A stretch of 64,000 nucleotides of DNA from an uncultured Clostridiaceae bacterium. GTDB taxonomy: Bacteria; Bacillota; Clostridia; CAYPLH01; DUMO01. Below the pieces are notes generated by a model that saw only the letters and a program-made list of their open reading frames with translations, ran no database searches and was not told the DNA's origin. This document shows positions 19,041 through 29,015 of the stretch, piece after piece. A program made the translations under genes and the position numbers. Every line of letters starts with the position of its first letter. Positions within the stretch are counted from its first letter, which is position 1. The stretch spans positions 11,929-75,928 of the forward strand of contig CAYPLH010000011.1 of assembly GCA_964411505.1 (NCBI GenBank), written 5' to 3'.

Positions 19041-19694
19041 TTAAGTTCTTTTTATATTATTTTTATAAGCATATATTGCTGCCTGAGTTCTGTCAGAAAC
19101 ACTTAATTTCTTAAAAATATTAGAGACATGATTCTTTACTGTTTTTTCACTTATATAAAGGCTTTTGGCAATCTCTTTATTAAGCATTCCTTCTGCTACC
19201 AGCTCAAGTACTTCAATTTCCCTTTTTGTCAAATCCTTGTTTAAGTGTTTTTCATGATCATAGGCAGTGACTCTGCTAAACTCCTTAACCAAATCATTCG
19301 TCATTTTTGGCTGTACATATGCTTCTCCCATATATACCTTCTTTATTGCATCTATTAGAACTGAAATATCAGCATCCTTCTGTACAAATCCAGAAGCACC
19401 TAATTGTAGGGCTTTAAATAGGTAAGCCTTATCCTGGTGGATTGTTACAACTATAATTTTGTAATTTGGATTTTCCGCTTTCAACGCTTCGATAGCCTGC
19501 ATTCCATTCATTCCAGGCATATTGATGTCCATAAGAATTACATCAGGTTTTATCTCCCTAGCAAGCTTTATAGCTTCCTCACCATTTGCAGCCTGACCTA
19601 CAACTTCCATGGAGTCCTCCAATTCAAGGATCTGCTTAAAACCTTGTCTAACCATAGAATGATCATCAGCAATTAAAATACGAATATTATTCAT
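19041..19694 (-). CDS. degU: response regulator, NarL/LuxR family (DegU-like)
   Basis: Receiver domain (ILIADDH, DVILMDINMPGMNG) plus a LuxR HTH (LTKREIEVLELVAEGMLNKEIAKSLYISEKTVKNH). The start overlaps the kinase stop by 8 nt. Confidence 0.8.
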   Translation of the reverse strand: MNNIRILIADDHSMVRQGFKQILELEDSMEVVGQAANGEEAIKLAREIKPDVILMDINMPGMNGMQAIEALKAENPNYKIIVVTIHQDKAYLFKALQLGASGFVQKDADISVLIDAIKKVYMGEAYVQPKMTNDLVKEFSRVTAYDHEKHLNKDLTKREIEVLELVAEGMLNKEIAKSLYISEKTVKNHVSNIFKKLSVSDRTQAAIYAYKNNIKRT

Positions 19695-20859
19695 CTTCTG
19701 TCACCTCATCTGTAATAAGTGGGATTTCAACAAGAAATTTAGTACCCATTCCCTTTCGCGATTTTATATCAAAAGAACCATTAAGCAGCTCAATTCGCTC
19801 CCTCATATTCATAATGCCAAAACCACTGTTAATATCTTTATTGGGTTTCTTTAAAGAACTCAGATCAAACCCTATCCCATCATCACTAATCTCCAACTTT
19901 AATTTCTCATCAGGGAAGCATAGTTTTATTCGAACACTTTGGGCATGGGCATGTTTTCTGATATTGCTCAATGCTTCCTGAATTATCCTATAAACTGTAA
20001 GAGATATTGCAGAACTTAAATCACTGCTACTGGTAGTTATAAATTCAATCTTTATACCAGTTTCCTCCTCAAATGTTGTAATACATCTTTGAATAGTAGG
20101 TATTAACCCCAAATCATCAAGGGACATTGGCCGCAAATCATATATAATGTTTCTTACATCCTTCAGGCTGTTTCGGACTATTTCTTTCAAGTTCTTCAGT
20201 TCTTCACGTGCTCTATAAATATCAATATCAATCAAGCGTTCACAAAGCTCAGCTTTTAGAACAACATTAGACATAAGCTGTGCTGGTCCATCATGTATTT
20301 CGCGAGCGACACGTTGACGTTCTTCTTCTTGAGCTCTTATGATTTTCAAACCTAATAGACGTCTTTGTTGCATATCTTCAAGTTGGAGACTTACTTCCTG
20401 AAGGTCACCTGTCAGATAACTAAGAGCTGCCCCTATATATGTCAACAAATTTTCTGCTTTTTCTACTGTTTTTTGCGAGTCTTTAACTCTACGTTCGAGT
20501 TCATTTCTTCTTCTTATAAAATGTAATTCCTGCTCCCTCTTGATTGCCAGTTGAAGTCTTAATTTGTCTGCTTGCTCATAAGCAATCCTATATTGTTCCT
20601 GTGAAAATTTTTCAAAGTTTTTATTAACAAATGCGAGATGTTTCTGTCCTTGCTTAAGTTTCATTTCAAGAACATCTACATCCTTAATCAATTGAGCTAC
20701 CTGTAATTTTAGGCGGGTAAGTTCATCTTCTAACAATTTACATTCTTTTTCAGCATTTTCAACTATGTCTAGTATTTCACTTTTGCCACTGTTAATGGAA
20801 TCAATAGTTTTATTAATGATTTCCTGCAGCTTAGCAATATCCATTTTATAACTCGCCAC
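19687..20859 (-). CDS. degS: cytoplasmic sensor histidine kinase (DegS-like, HisKA_3)
   Basis: No TM segments, a long N-terminal coiled coil, H-box REIHDGPAQ and HATPase motifs (DDGIGF, GFGIMNMRER). Confidence 0.8.
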   Translation of the reverse strand: MASYKMDIAKLQEIINKTIDSINSGKSEILDIVENAEKECKLLEDELTRLKLQVAQLIKDVDVLEMKLKQGQKHLAFVNKNFEKFSQEQYRIAYEQADKLRLQLAIKREQELHFIRRRNELERRVKDSQKTVEKAENLLTYIGAALSYLTGDLQEVSLQLEDMQQRRLLGLKIIRAQEEERQRVAREIHDGPAQLMSNVVLKAELCERLIDIDIYRAREELKNLKEIVRNSLKDVRNIIYDLRPMSLDDLGLIPTIQRCITTFEEETGIKIEFITTSSSDLSSAISLTVYRIIQEALSNIRKHAHAQSVRIKLCFPDEKLKLEISDDGIGFDLSSLKKPNKDINSGFGIMNMRERIELLNGSFDIKSRKGMGTKFLVEIPLITDEVTEDE

Positions 20860-20917
20860 ATTAATCCTCCGTTAAATACTTTGAAGTTTCTATTGCTTTT
20901 GTGTTTTTATCCTGATG

Positions 20918-21583
20918 CTACCCCATTTGGCTTTTTAACTGAATGTAGACCTCAGCCTTACCTTGTCTAAAGTCATACTTCTCATCAAAATAAATGGCAT
21001 CACCTATGCATATCAACCTTTTTCTTTTGTCAATTCGGATAGGTACAAAAGGAACATGGTTTCCAGTTTTTTTAGCATATTTCCGCTCAATATGAAGAAA
21101 CCCCTTATACATTTCACCCATTTCAGAACCTGAATCAGAGTAATCTATATCAGGACATATAAGAATGTTTTGCCCGTTCTCCAAAGCTAAAACACTTGCA
21201 TTAAATGTTTTGACTATATCTCTTGAGCCACGATAAACAGGTAGTGCTGACATTATATGCATCAAGCCTGATACAAATAAAGATATGGGAAATGCAATAA
21301 TTGCTGCAATAATCTTTGGAATACCAAAACGCTTTGTAAATGTATAGTTATAATATTGTTTGAAACAAGCATTAAAATTAAAAAAAACGTTCAAAACCCA
21401 CATCCGGGCTGGTATATCAAGCCATGCTAAACTGATAACTGGTCCCCACAAATTTTGATGATGCACTAAATATACAGCTGGAACATCCAAATCCGTTTTG
21501 CGTATAATCTTATAATTCGGAATAAAAATACGTACTATCATCTTTAAAAAACTGTATATATGTTTATTAATAGTATTTATCAA
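20918..21583 (-). CDS. membrane-associated putative acyltransferase (PlsC-like), function uncertain
   Basis: 221-aa ORF with hydrophobic segments and VYLVHHQNLWGP / ICPDIDYSD regions loosely like lysophospholipid acyltransferases. Confidence 0.55.
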   Translation of the reverse strand: MINTINKHIYSFLKMIVRIFIPNYKIIRKTDLDVPAVYLVHHQNLWGPVISLAWLDIPARMWVLNVFFNFNACFKQYYNYTFTKRFGIPKIIAAIIAFPISLFVSGLMHIMSALPVYRGSRDIVKTFNASVLALENGQNILICPDIDYSDSGSEMGEMYKGFLHIERKYAKKTGNHVPFVPIRIDKRKRLICIGDAIYFDEKYDFRQGKAEVYIQLKSQMG

Positions 21584-21595
21584 TGTTTTAAAAAA

Positions 21596-22486
21596 CTACA
21601 CCCTTTCTTTTTTTTGTACTTTTTCGGATTTTTCAACTACAAATAATCCTGTTATAGATGAGATAAATCGTTCTATCAATCCTAAAATTAACCGAAAGAA
21701 TATGAAAATAGAATCCTTAACAGTACTGTAATGTGAACCGGAGTTGTTATCAAAATAAAGAGTTTTTATCGGGACAGTATATAGCTTTAAATTTATAGTT
21801 CTTGCTTTAATAAGCATATTTATTTCATAATCATACCTCTCACCTTTTAAGCCAATCATTTCAGGCAACTCCTTAGTCGAAATACCTCTAAGACCTGTCT
21901 GAGTATCATTAAGTTTGCAGCCATAAAGCAGATGGAAAATGGTGCTAGTCAACATATTTCCTATGTAACTTCTTTTAGGAACATTATTTTCATGAAAGTC
22001 TCTGACTCCTAAAATTAATACTTCTTTTTTTACTGATAATATATTGCATAAATTACATATATCCTCAACAGAATGCTGCCCGTCCGCATCAGCAGTTACA
22101 ACCCCGTTCATATATGAAAAGTGCTCTAAAAAAAACGAAAAAGCAGTTTTCAAAGCTCTACCCTTGCCACGGTTTACTTCGTGGGTGAGCACAGTACAAT
22201 GACTGATTTGTTTAAGAGCTTCAAAAATATATTCATATTTGTAATCACTACCGTCATTCACGACAATTACTTCTGAGACTCCCATTGATAAAAGCTCTTG
22301 AACAAAATCAGGTAGCTCTGGTATTGGATTAAGTGATGGTATAATAACTGCGCAGTTAATTCTACAATCCTTTAATGACTTTCCTATTCCTGTCTCTTCC
22401 TGAACGTCGTTGATCTTTTCAGCTTTTTTGCACAAAATATGTCCACTCCTTGTACCTGCCCTATTAGATAAATTTATAAACCGCAT
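21596..22486 (-). CDS. glycosyltransferase family 2
   Basis: GT2 signatures VIIPSLNP, VIVVNDGSD, NRGKGRALKTAF, TADADGQH. Confidence 0.8.
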   Translation of the reverse strand: MRFINLSNRAGTRSGHILCKKAEKINDVQEETGIGKSLKDCRINCAVIIPSLNPIPELPDFVQELLSMGVSEVIVVNDGSDYKYEYIFEALKQISHCTVLTHEVNRGKGRALKTAFSFFLEHFSYMNGVVTADADGQHSVEDICNLCNILSVKKEVLILGVRDFHENNVPKRSYIGNMLTSTIFHLLYGCKLNDTQTGLRGISTKELPEMIGLKGERYDYEINMLIKARTINLKLYTVPIKTLYFDNNSGSHYSTVKDSIFIFFRLILGLIERFISSITGLFVVEKSEKVQKKERV

Positions 22487-22678
22487 GGAATGTCTTTAAT
22501 TCATGCAATATGGCTATCAAAGCATAAAACGCTTTTAGTAAGTTTTGGTAGACATATTGTATGGAATCATTACATTCCATAGAGTATACTTTTTAGGTAT
22601 TAATCATTATATAACAATAATATTATATATCACAGACAATATTCTAACAAGAACCTTGTTTGTTTGCATTGTGAAATT

Positions 22679-23635
22679 TTAAATAAAGAGGTTCATGACA
22701 AGTGCTACAGCAATAGTTAGCACCAAAGTAAAATTTATTAGTGTGAAATTTTTAACTGCAATTACAAATGTGTCTTTTTTAGATTGAATTTCCCGGAAGG
22801 TCAAAATTCCTTTATATACTGGGATAAAAGTCAACAGAGCAACTACTGATATCGGTGGCAATATTCCCAATATTACCGCAATCAATATGTCAACATATGC
22901 AATATAGTAGAGAATTTCAAAAAAACGAATGCTGTGTTTAATACCAATATAGGATACCAATGTATATCGTTTATTTTCAATATCATCACATATATCACAT
23001 ATATTGTTTGCAAGCATAATATTTGCAATCCCAAGAATTGCGGGAAAAGCTAAGATTATAATGCATATTATTTCCCATACATTTAGTGCAATAATAAGTT
23101 CACCTGCTTGTAATATCATACTAGCAAAATTTCGATCAAATGCATGAATATAAATTGAAATGAACGGTATCATAAAGCCCATAAAAGCGCCAGAAAAGAC
23201 CTCTCCAAAAGGTGTGCGAGATATAGGTACGGGTCCGTACGTGTAAAAAACACCAACTACAAAAGATATCAAACCTAAAACCAGAACAATCATACTAGTA
23301 TTCAAAAATAAAAGTACTCCTGATAAAACCGCCAAAATTAATAATGCAAAAATTACTGTAAGCACATATGAATCTTTTAGATTGTCTCTGACTATTGCGT
23401 TATGACTTTCATAGCCGAACCCGTATTTCTGTTTTGCATATTTGTAATCTAGATAATTGTTTAAAGCTGTTGTTGCCATATCAATGGATAAAAGTGAGAC
23501 AAGCATCAATAAAAAATTTCCCATCCTAAATGCATTATAGCGATAAACACAGTAGAGGGTTCCTAGCAAAAAAGGAATTACGCTGGCTGTTTTTGTCTGG
23601 ATCTCAACCAATTTCAAAAAACTCAAAAAAGACAT
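22679..23635 (-). CDS. UbiA-family polyprenyltransferase (MenA-like)
   Basis: Multi-TM protein with Asp-rich motifs ALNNYLDYKY and LANNICDICDDIENKRYTL, as in MenA/UbiA enzymes. Confidence 0.8.
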   Translation of the reverse strand: MSFLSFLKLVEIQTKTASVIPFLLGTLYCVYRYNAFRMGNFLLMLVSLLSIDMATTALNNYLDYKYAKQKYGFGYESHNAIVRDNLKDSYVLTVIFALLILAVLSGVLLFLNTSMIVLVLGLISFVVGVFYTYGPVPISRTPFGEVFSGAFMGFMIPFISIYIHAFDRNFASMILQAGELIIALNVWEIICIIILAFPAILGIANIMLANNICDICDDIENKRYTLVSYIGIKHSIRFFEILYYIAYVDILIAVILGILPPISVVALLTFIPVYKGILTFREIQSKKDTFVIAVKNFTLINFTLVLTIAVALVMNLFI

Positions 23636-23749
23636 AATAAGTGTTCCCTTTCTTTCCTCATAAAGATGAACTCAATAAATCCATCATAATTTTCTGGAGA
23701 GATACTTATATTATGAAGTGTTTTTGCGTTCATTTCAAGGTTTGTGAAA

Positions 23750-23790
23750 TATTAATAAAAGCTCGGGGGCGCAATGCCTCCCGAGCCTTT
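23750..23790 (-). terminator. rho-independent terminator after the large secreted protein gene
   Basis: Minus-strand hairpin GCTCGGGAGGCATTGCGCCCCCGAGC followed by TTTTATT. Confidence 0.6.
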
Positions 23791-23836
23791 ATTCTACAGT
23801 AATTCTCTTGCTTTCGCAGGCTTACCCTGACTAAAG

Positions 23837-26800
23837 TTATTTAAATACTAACTCTGTAATGACTATATCGTCAAAAACAGCGGTACCATTTCTTACTATA
23901 AGCCCTGCTTTACCTGCACTATAGACATCATCCTCAACTGCAAGCATCTCAACTCCATCTACATACAGTTTAATGCTTGTTCCGGCTAATTCAGCTTTTA
24001 ATGTATACCATTTGCCTTCTTCCAGTGTAAATTCCTTATTAACCAGATTCGAGAACTTGCCATCAGTTTGTCGTCTTACTCTGAACTGTCCTGCCTCATA
24101 TACTATCTGGTAGTTATTGTCATTGTCCTGGTACCTGCCATAAAAACCCACTCTCTGAGTGCTAGGATTTGACCATTCACTTACCATCATCTTGGCTTCA
24201 ACAGTATAGTTGTCCCATGTGCTTTCACCAACAACTGATCGGTTGGTACCTGCTACTGTGTTGTATACCTTGTTTCCATTTTCGTCAATAACTTGCCATT
24301 CTCCTGAAACAGCTTCCCATCCATCAGCTGTTCCATCTTCAAAGTCTTCTGTCAGCAATTCTGCGCCTTCTGCTAATGTAGGAGTCCCTTCAGGTATTAA
24401 CTCTGTAACTACTATATCGTCAAAAACAGCGGTACCGTTTCTTACTATAAGACCTACTTGACCAGCACTGTAGCCATCATTATCCTCAACTTCAAGCATC
24501 TCAACTCCATCTACATACAGTTTAATGCTTGTTCCGGCTAATTCAGCTTTTAATGTATACCATTTGCCTTCTTCCAGTGTAAATTCCTTATTAACCAGAT
24601 TCGAGAACTTGCCATCAGTTTGTCGTCTTACTCTGAACTGTCCTGCCTCATATACTATCTGGTAGTTATTGTCATTGTCCTGGTACCTGCCATAAAAACC
24701 CACTCTCTGAGTGTTAGGATTTGACCATTCACTTACCATCATCTTGGCTTCAACAGTATAATTGTCCCATGTGCTTTCACCAACAACTGATCGGTTGGTG
24801 CCTGCTACTGTGTTGTATACCTTGTTTCCGTTTTCGTCAATAACCTGCCATTCTCCTGAAACGGCTTCCCATCCATCAGCTGTTCCATCTTCAAAGTCTT
24901 CTGTCAGCAGTTGTGCGCCTTCTACCAATGTGATAGTTTCTTCAGGCTCCTCTACCTGCTCTTGGGGATAATCATCACCTGTATGTATGATTACCTCTGT
25001 AAAGCTGTTCCAATGGTTATCAGAGTTGCCATAACCCACTATGCGTACATATGCTGCATCAATAGGTTCACATTTATAAATCTCGATCTGATCGGAGGTT
25101 CCACTTGCTCCTCCTGTATAAACTGTAGTCCAGTTTACGCCATCAACAGTGGTTTGGATATCGAATATTGCTTTTCGTTCATGCCCACGGAATGTAGCTA
25201 TAGAAAGTCCATTTACTTTTTTTACTCCACCCAGATAATATTGAATCCACTGTTCTCCTGCTGCAGACCAACGAGTACTAGGATCATTATCAATTGTATT
25301 TTCAGGAATATTGCCATCATCACCACTAGCAATTACAGGCTTATCAGTAAGCACAAAGAAAGTGACTGTATAGAATATACCTTCTTCATTGTTATTTGCA
25401 TCAACTACCTTTATTCTTGCAACTCCAGTTGTACTGGTAGATTGTTCTACAGAAACATTGTGCACACTAGACGCAGCATCAATTACCGGTATCTGTTTTG
25501 CTCCAATCGGTAATGCTACTGTATATTCGTACTTGTCAGGAGCAAAACCATTAATTGGCTCTCCATCTATGGTAATACTGTCTAGTTTGGGAATATTTGC
25601 AATTGAATCACTTATCTCAATTGTATGACGCTGAATATTAGCAACAGCCTCTTCACCAAGACGAGCTTTAAGCTGACTCATGTATAAGCTTTCAGGCTTT
25701 ACATGTTCTCCATGTGACTCCCAATATCCATCTTGTAGTGGCTTAATATCTACATGGGCGCCTGGTCCCTTTTCTCCAACATGACCTATTGACCAGTTCT
25801 GAGCTGTTGGTGGTCTTTGGAGTACGAGGAATCCTTCAGTGTTCCATGCAACATAATTGGCTCCTGACCATCCATGACCAGTACCCATCCACTGTCTGTC
25901 CTGAATCTGTATTGAACCTTTTACGTTATCATATAGCCCTGCCATAGACCAGCGATGATGTGGTTCACTAGACGCATAGTTTCTCTCAGATTCACAATAT
26001 ACAAATGCATTAGGTCCCGGAATTCTAGGTCCTATAGCAAAAGCATGGCGAGCCTGGTCAGCATAGCATCTTAACACTAGGTTCAGTTGTCCTTTTATAC
26101 TATACGGGTATCTCCTTGAGCCAGCGATAGTGCATACAGGTTCTGTGTATCTACAATCTTGGATTGTAATATACTTGGCATTTTCGGCAACTAATATTCC
26201 AGTGTCAAGGTGAAGCATTTCAACTTCCCTTACCCAGCCATTAGATGCATTATCAAAGGTAACCGCGCAATTCGCCTTGTTCTCATCTGCATAATATTCA
26301 ACGCCTTTTTCTAAATCTATTACACTAGGATCAAATTCTGATGAAAATCTGAGATTCTCAATCCCTACTCTTTGAGCTCTTCCAGTTTCAGAGCACTTTA
26401 GTACTTCTCCACCACCCCAGCGAGATTCAACTGCATTGGGCATTGATGCATCAACAGTTATCATGTTTCCTTCAATATTGGTAATAATTCGTTCTATATC
26501 AACAGTAAGCGGACCCCACTGCTGCGTATTGCCTGGGTCTGCTGGTCTTGGGACTATACGATCCATTTCTATCTCGTGAATCCACTCTTCATTTCCATAT
26601 CTACGGATTGCTATAGTGTCTCCCACATTAAGACCATCAACATGCTCTACATTAAAGGTTTTTGCACCAACTGGAACATATATATCAGTAATCTTTCTTG
26701 CCGATTCGAGCTCTACCAATGCTCCAGAGGTTCCTGAAACTACAATGATGCTCCTCTGGTCTTTACCTGTTGCATACAGTATAGAACCATTCTCACCGCT

Positions 26801-28045
26801 TCCTTCTCCTCTTAGCACTATTCCATCAGAACTTATTCTTAAGTTTCCGGCAATTTCATAAGTACCACTCTTTAGTAAAATAGCACCTCTGAAGCCGTTA
26901 ATGTGAACCGGCATTTTAGAAAGCGTATCAATTGCTGTCTGGATATGGGCAGTATTATCCCCTTCCACTGGCTCTAATACTATCATCACAGGAACATCAG
27001 GAATTTTCACTCCACCAGACATGTAGCCTGCATTTGAAAAATCTAGTATTTGATTTCCCCGGAAATCTGGTACATAATTAAGTTTGCCTGTTTCATCTTC
27101 TGAAACTATCAGACTGGTACCCTGGGATATTTTATCAGTATCAATAACTGAAAAATAAAGATTATCATAGAACTCACCCTGATCAGGGAAATTGAATGCT
27201 AATTTTACAGTATATAGGCCACTAGCTTTTTCTGCTGAATTGATAGGTATAGTAACTGCTTCATGAGCCCTAAGTTCTTGTTCGGGTATAATGGAGACTA
27301 CCTTTTCATTTTCAAACAGAATTTCTCCGGATACCATCCCATCAAAATATGGCTCGATCAAAACTTTTGGAAACTCTTCGTCCGGGCTTATTATTGCAGG
27401 ATCACCAACAGATACGGCCATTGTATCATTCGTTAAAGATGCTGCAACCGGCTGCATCACAAATAAATTAATTGCATGATTAATTGCTAACATATCTGTT
27501 TTGGGATTGAAGTTTCCTCCCATTTCTGTAATTGAGACAAGTCCTCTGTCATGAAAATATACATCCTTACCCAAAATGTCAGCTATATCATTCAGTGGTA
27601 TAAACATTCTACTGTTTACTACTTTTGAAGGGGCATCCATCTCATAAATAGAGCCACTTACATCCACTGTTTTGCTGCCTGGTGACATTGATATTGTAAT
27701 CGCTCCTAATTTAATAGTAGCTTTAGACTCAATTTCATTCCACCCGACTTCAGCATTGAAAGCTTCTGTTACAAATCTGATCGGAACAAAAACATTCTGT
27801 CCTTCTATAAAAGGTTTTACATTTGGGTTGTCCTCATCCACTTGCACTTTATCATAATTGATATAAGCAAATGGGCTATTGTTATACAAAACAACAGCTG
27901 ATTTCATTACTTTGTCAAGTACCTCTTTGCTGCCATTTCCCTCCTGGCTAGCCAATGCAGGTGATGAAACACCTATAGTAACAATAAAACTTACTAAAAG
28001 GATGAACACCACAAGTAGTTCGGAGATTCTTTTTTTTCCAAACAC
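23837..28045 (-). CDS. large secreted multidomain glycan-active protein (copper-amine-oxidase-like N domain, pectate-lyase-like beta-helix, cadherin-like, F5/8 type C, 2x DUF1080/LamG-like)
   Basis: GTG at 28045 lies 7 nt after GGGAGG, with a signal peptide (LLVVFILLVSFIVTIGVSSPALA). Domains were read from the translation: stalk-like PFIEGQNVFVPIRFVTEAF, beta-helix-like region, ITIDGEPINGFAPDKYEYTV, discoidin-like NDPSTRWSA, and two 184-aa DUF1080-like repeats. Confidence 0.85.
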   Translation of the reverse strand: MFGKKRISELLVVFILLVSFIVTIGVSSPALASQEGNGSKEVLDKVMKSAVVLYNNSPFAYINYDKVQVDEDNPNVKPFIEGQNVFVPIRFVTEAFNAEVGWNEIESKATIKLGAITISMSPGSKTVDVSGSIYEMDAPSKVVNSRMFIPLNDIADILGKDVYFHDRGLVSITEMGGNFNPKTDMLAINHAINLFVMQPVAASLTNDTMAVSVGDPAIISPDEEFPKVLIEPYFDGMVSGEILFENEKVVSIIPEQELRAHEAVTIPINSAEKASGLYTVKLAFNFPDQGEFYDNLYFSVIDTDKISQGTSLIVSEDETGKLNYVPDFRGNQILDFSNAGYMSGGVKIPDVPVMIVLEPVEGDNTAHIQTAIDTLSKMPVHINGFRGAILLKSGTYEIAGNLRISSDGIVLRGEGSGENGSILYATGKDQRSIIVVSGTSGALVELESARKITDIYVPVGAKTFNVEHVDGLNVGDTIAIRRYGNEEWIHEIEMDRIVPRPADPGNTQQWGPLTVDIERIITNIEGNMITVDASMPNAVESRWGGGEVLKCSETGRAQRVGIENLRFSSEFDPSVIDLEKGVEYYADENKANCAVTFDNASNGWVREVEMLHLDTGILVAENAKYITIQDCRYTEPVCTIAGSRRYPYSIKGQLNLVLRCYADQARHAFAIGPRIPGPNAFVYCESERNYASSEPHHRWSMAGLYDNVKGSIQIQDRQWMGTGHGWSGANYVAWNTEGFLVLQRPPTAQNWSIGHVGEKGPGAHVDIKPLQDGYWESHGEHVKPESLYMSQLKARLGEEAVANIQRHTIEISDSIANIPKLDSITIDGEPINGFAPDKYEYTVALPIGAKQIPVIDAASSVHNVSVEQSTSTTGVARIKVVDANNNEEGIFYTVTFFVLTDKPVIASGDDGNIPENTIDNDPSTRWSAAGEQWIQYYLGGVKKVNGLSIATFRGHERKAIFDIQTTVDGVNWTTVYTGGASGTSDQIEIYKCEPIDAAYVRIVGYGNSDNHWNSFTEVIIHTGDDYPQEQVEEPEETITLVEGAQLLTEDFEDGTADGWEAVSGEWQVIDENGNKVYNTVAGTNRSVVGESTWDNYTVEAKMMVSEWSNPNTQRVGFYGRYQDNDNNYQIVYEAGQFRVRRQTDGKFSNLVNKEFTLEEGKWYTLKAELAGTSIKLYVDGVEMLEVEDNDGYSAGQVGLIVRNGTAVFDDIVVTELIPEGTPTLAEGAELLTEDFEDGTADGWEAVSGEWQVIDENGNKVYNTVAGTNRSVVGESTWDNYTVEAKMMVSEWSNPSTQRVGFYGRYQDNDNNYQIVYEAGQFRVRRQTDGKFSNLVNKEFTLEEGKWYTLKAELAGTSIKLYVDGVEMLAVEDDVYSAGKAGLIVRNGTAVFDDIVITELVFK
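23851..24924. repeat. near-identical tandem duplication, period 552 bp (two copies) inside the large CDS
   Basis: 23851-24372 and 24400-24924 align with few substitutions and one 3-nt indel. The spurious + strand ORFs at 24210 and 24762 share an identical 49-aa prefix, giving the 552-nt period. Confidence 0.9.
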
Positions 28046-28621
28046 GTTATTTCCTCCCTTCAAGATTTGTAGGCTATTACTCAAACTTTCGATAAAAATG
28101 TGATATAGGTATTTGTTGTAATCAATTTCAATGACAAGATTTACATTTACGTTCTGTACAAAATACTAAAGGTATACTTTCCTAGACAATAGAAACATCT
28201 TTTTTTCAAAGAGCAAATATCACATTTTTGATTAGAAAATTCAAGCATGACCTAATTTTTAGTAATGCCATTATATCAATGCCTGTCAAATTGTAAATAA
28301 ATGAATTTAAACATCACTGTTAGCTTTATAGAAAGAAAAATATTCCTTTAAATAATACTATAATGTTAAAAAAAGCATATCCATATTTGTCTATTATTTT
28401 GGGTATTATTATGCAATAGTTTATTTGTTTTGAAATTATTTCCCGCTGGATTTCTTAATAGTATTTACATGCTTGAATTAGTTAGCTGCGTTTGATATAT
28501 TAAAATATGCAAAAGCTTACATTACAATAAAGATAAAATTGAGTTTTCAGAAGATGAGTTAATATGTATTGAGGTAATTTTAGAATAAGTACATGGTGGG
28601 CGTTCTAGTATAACGAAAGGT

Positions 28622-28927
28622 GTGATCACATTGATTTCAGCCCTTTATATTATTGGTATTATTGTTTTTGTAATCTCCGTAGTGGCAGGTCTTTTTTCAG
28701 GATCATTTACTAGCTTTATTGTTGCTTTAGGTGGGGGGATAACTTCTGCTGTCACTTTTTTTGCTTTAGCAAAAATTCTGGAAAATCAAGAGAATATTTT
28801 ATATAAACTCAACTCAGACCTTGCTACAAGATCAGACTTACTGGCAAAAAAGATATGCCAAAAGTGCAATTATAAGTATGAAGGCGATTATAGCTCTTGT
28901 CCTCATTGCGGTTACAGAGAGAAATGA
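28622..28927 (+). CDS. small membrane protein with C-terminal zinc-ribbon (CxxC...CxxC)
   Basis: Two hydrophobic helices then CQKCNYKYEGDYSSCPHCGY. The start is uncertain (GTG 28622 or TTG 28631). Confidence 0.55.
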   Translation: MITLISALYIIGIIVFVISVVAGLFSGSFTSFIVALGGGITSAVTFFALAKILENQENILYKLNSDLATRSDLLAKKICQKCNYKYEGDYSSCPHCGYREK

Positions 28928-29015
28928 GGTAAAACAGAGAAAAACCCTTACAAGAGGCAATTACGATGTATTTTCCTCTTGTAAGGGTTCCATCTATACC
29001 ACTATATTGCATTTA

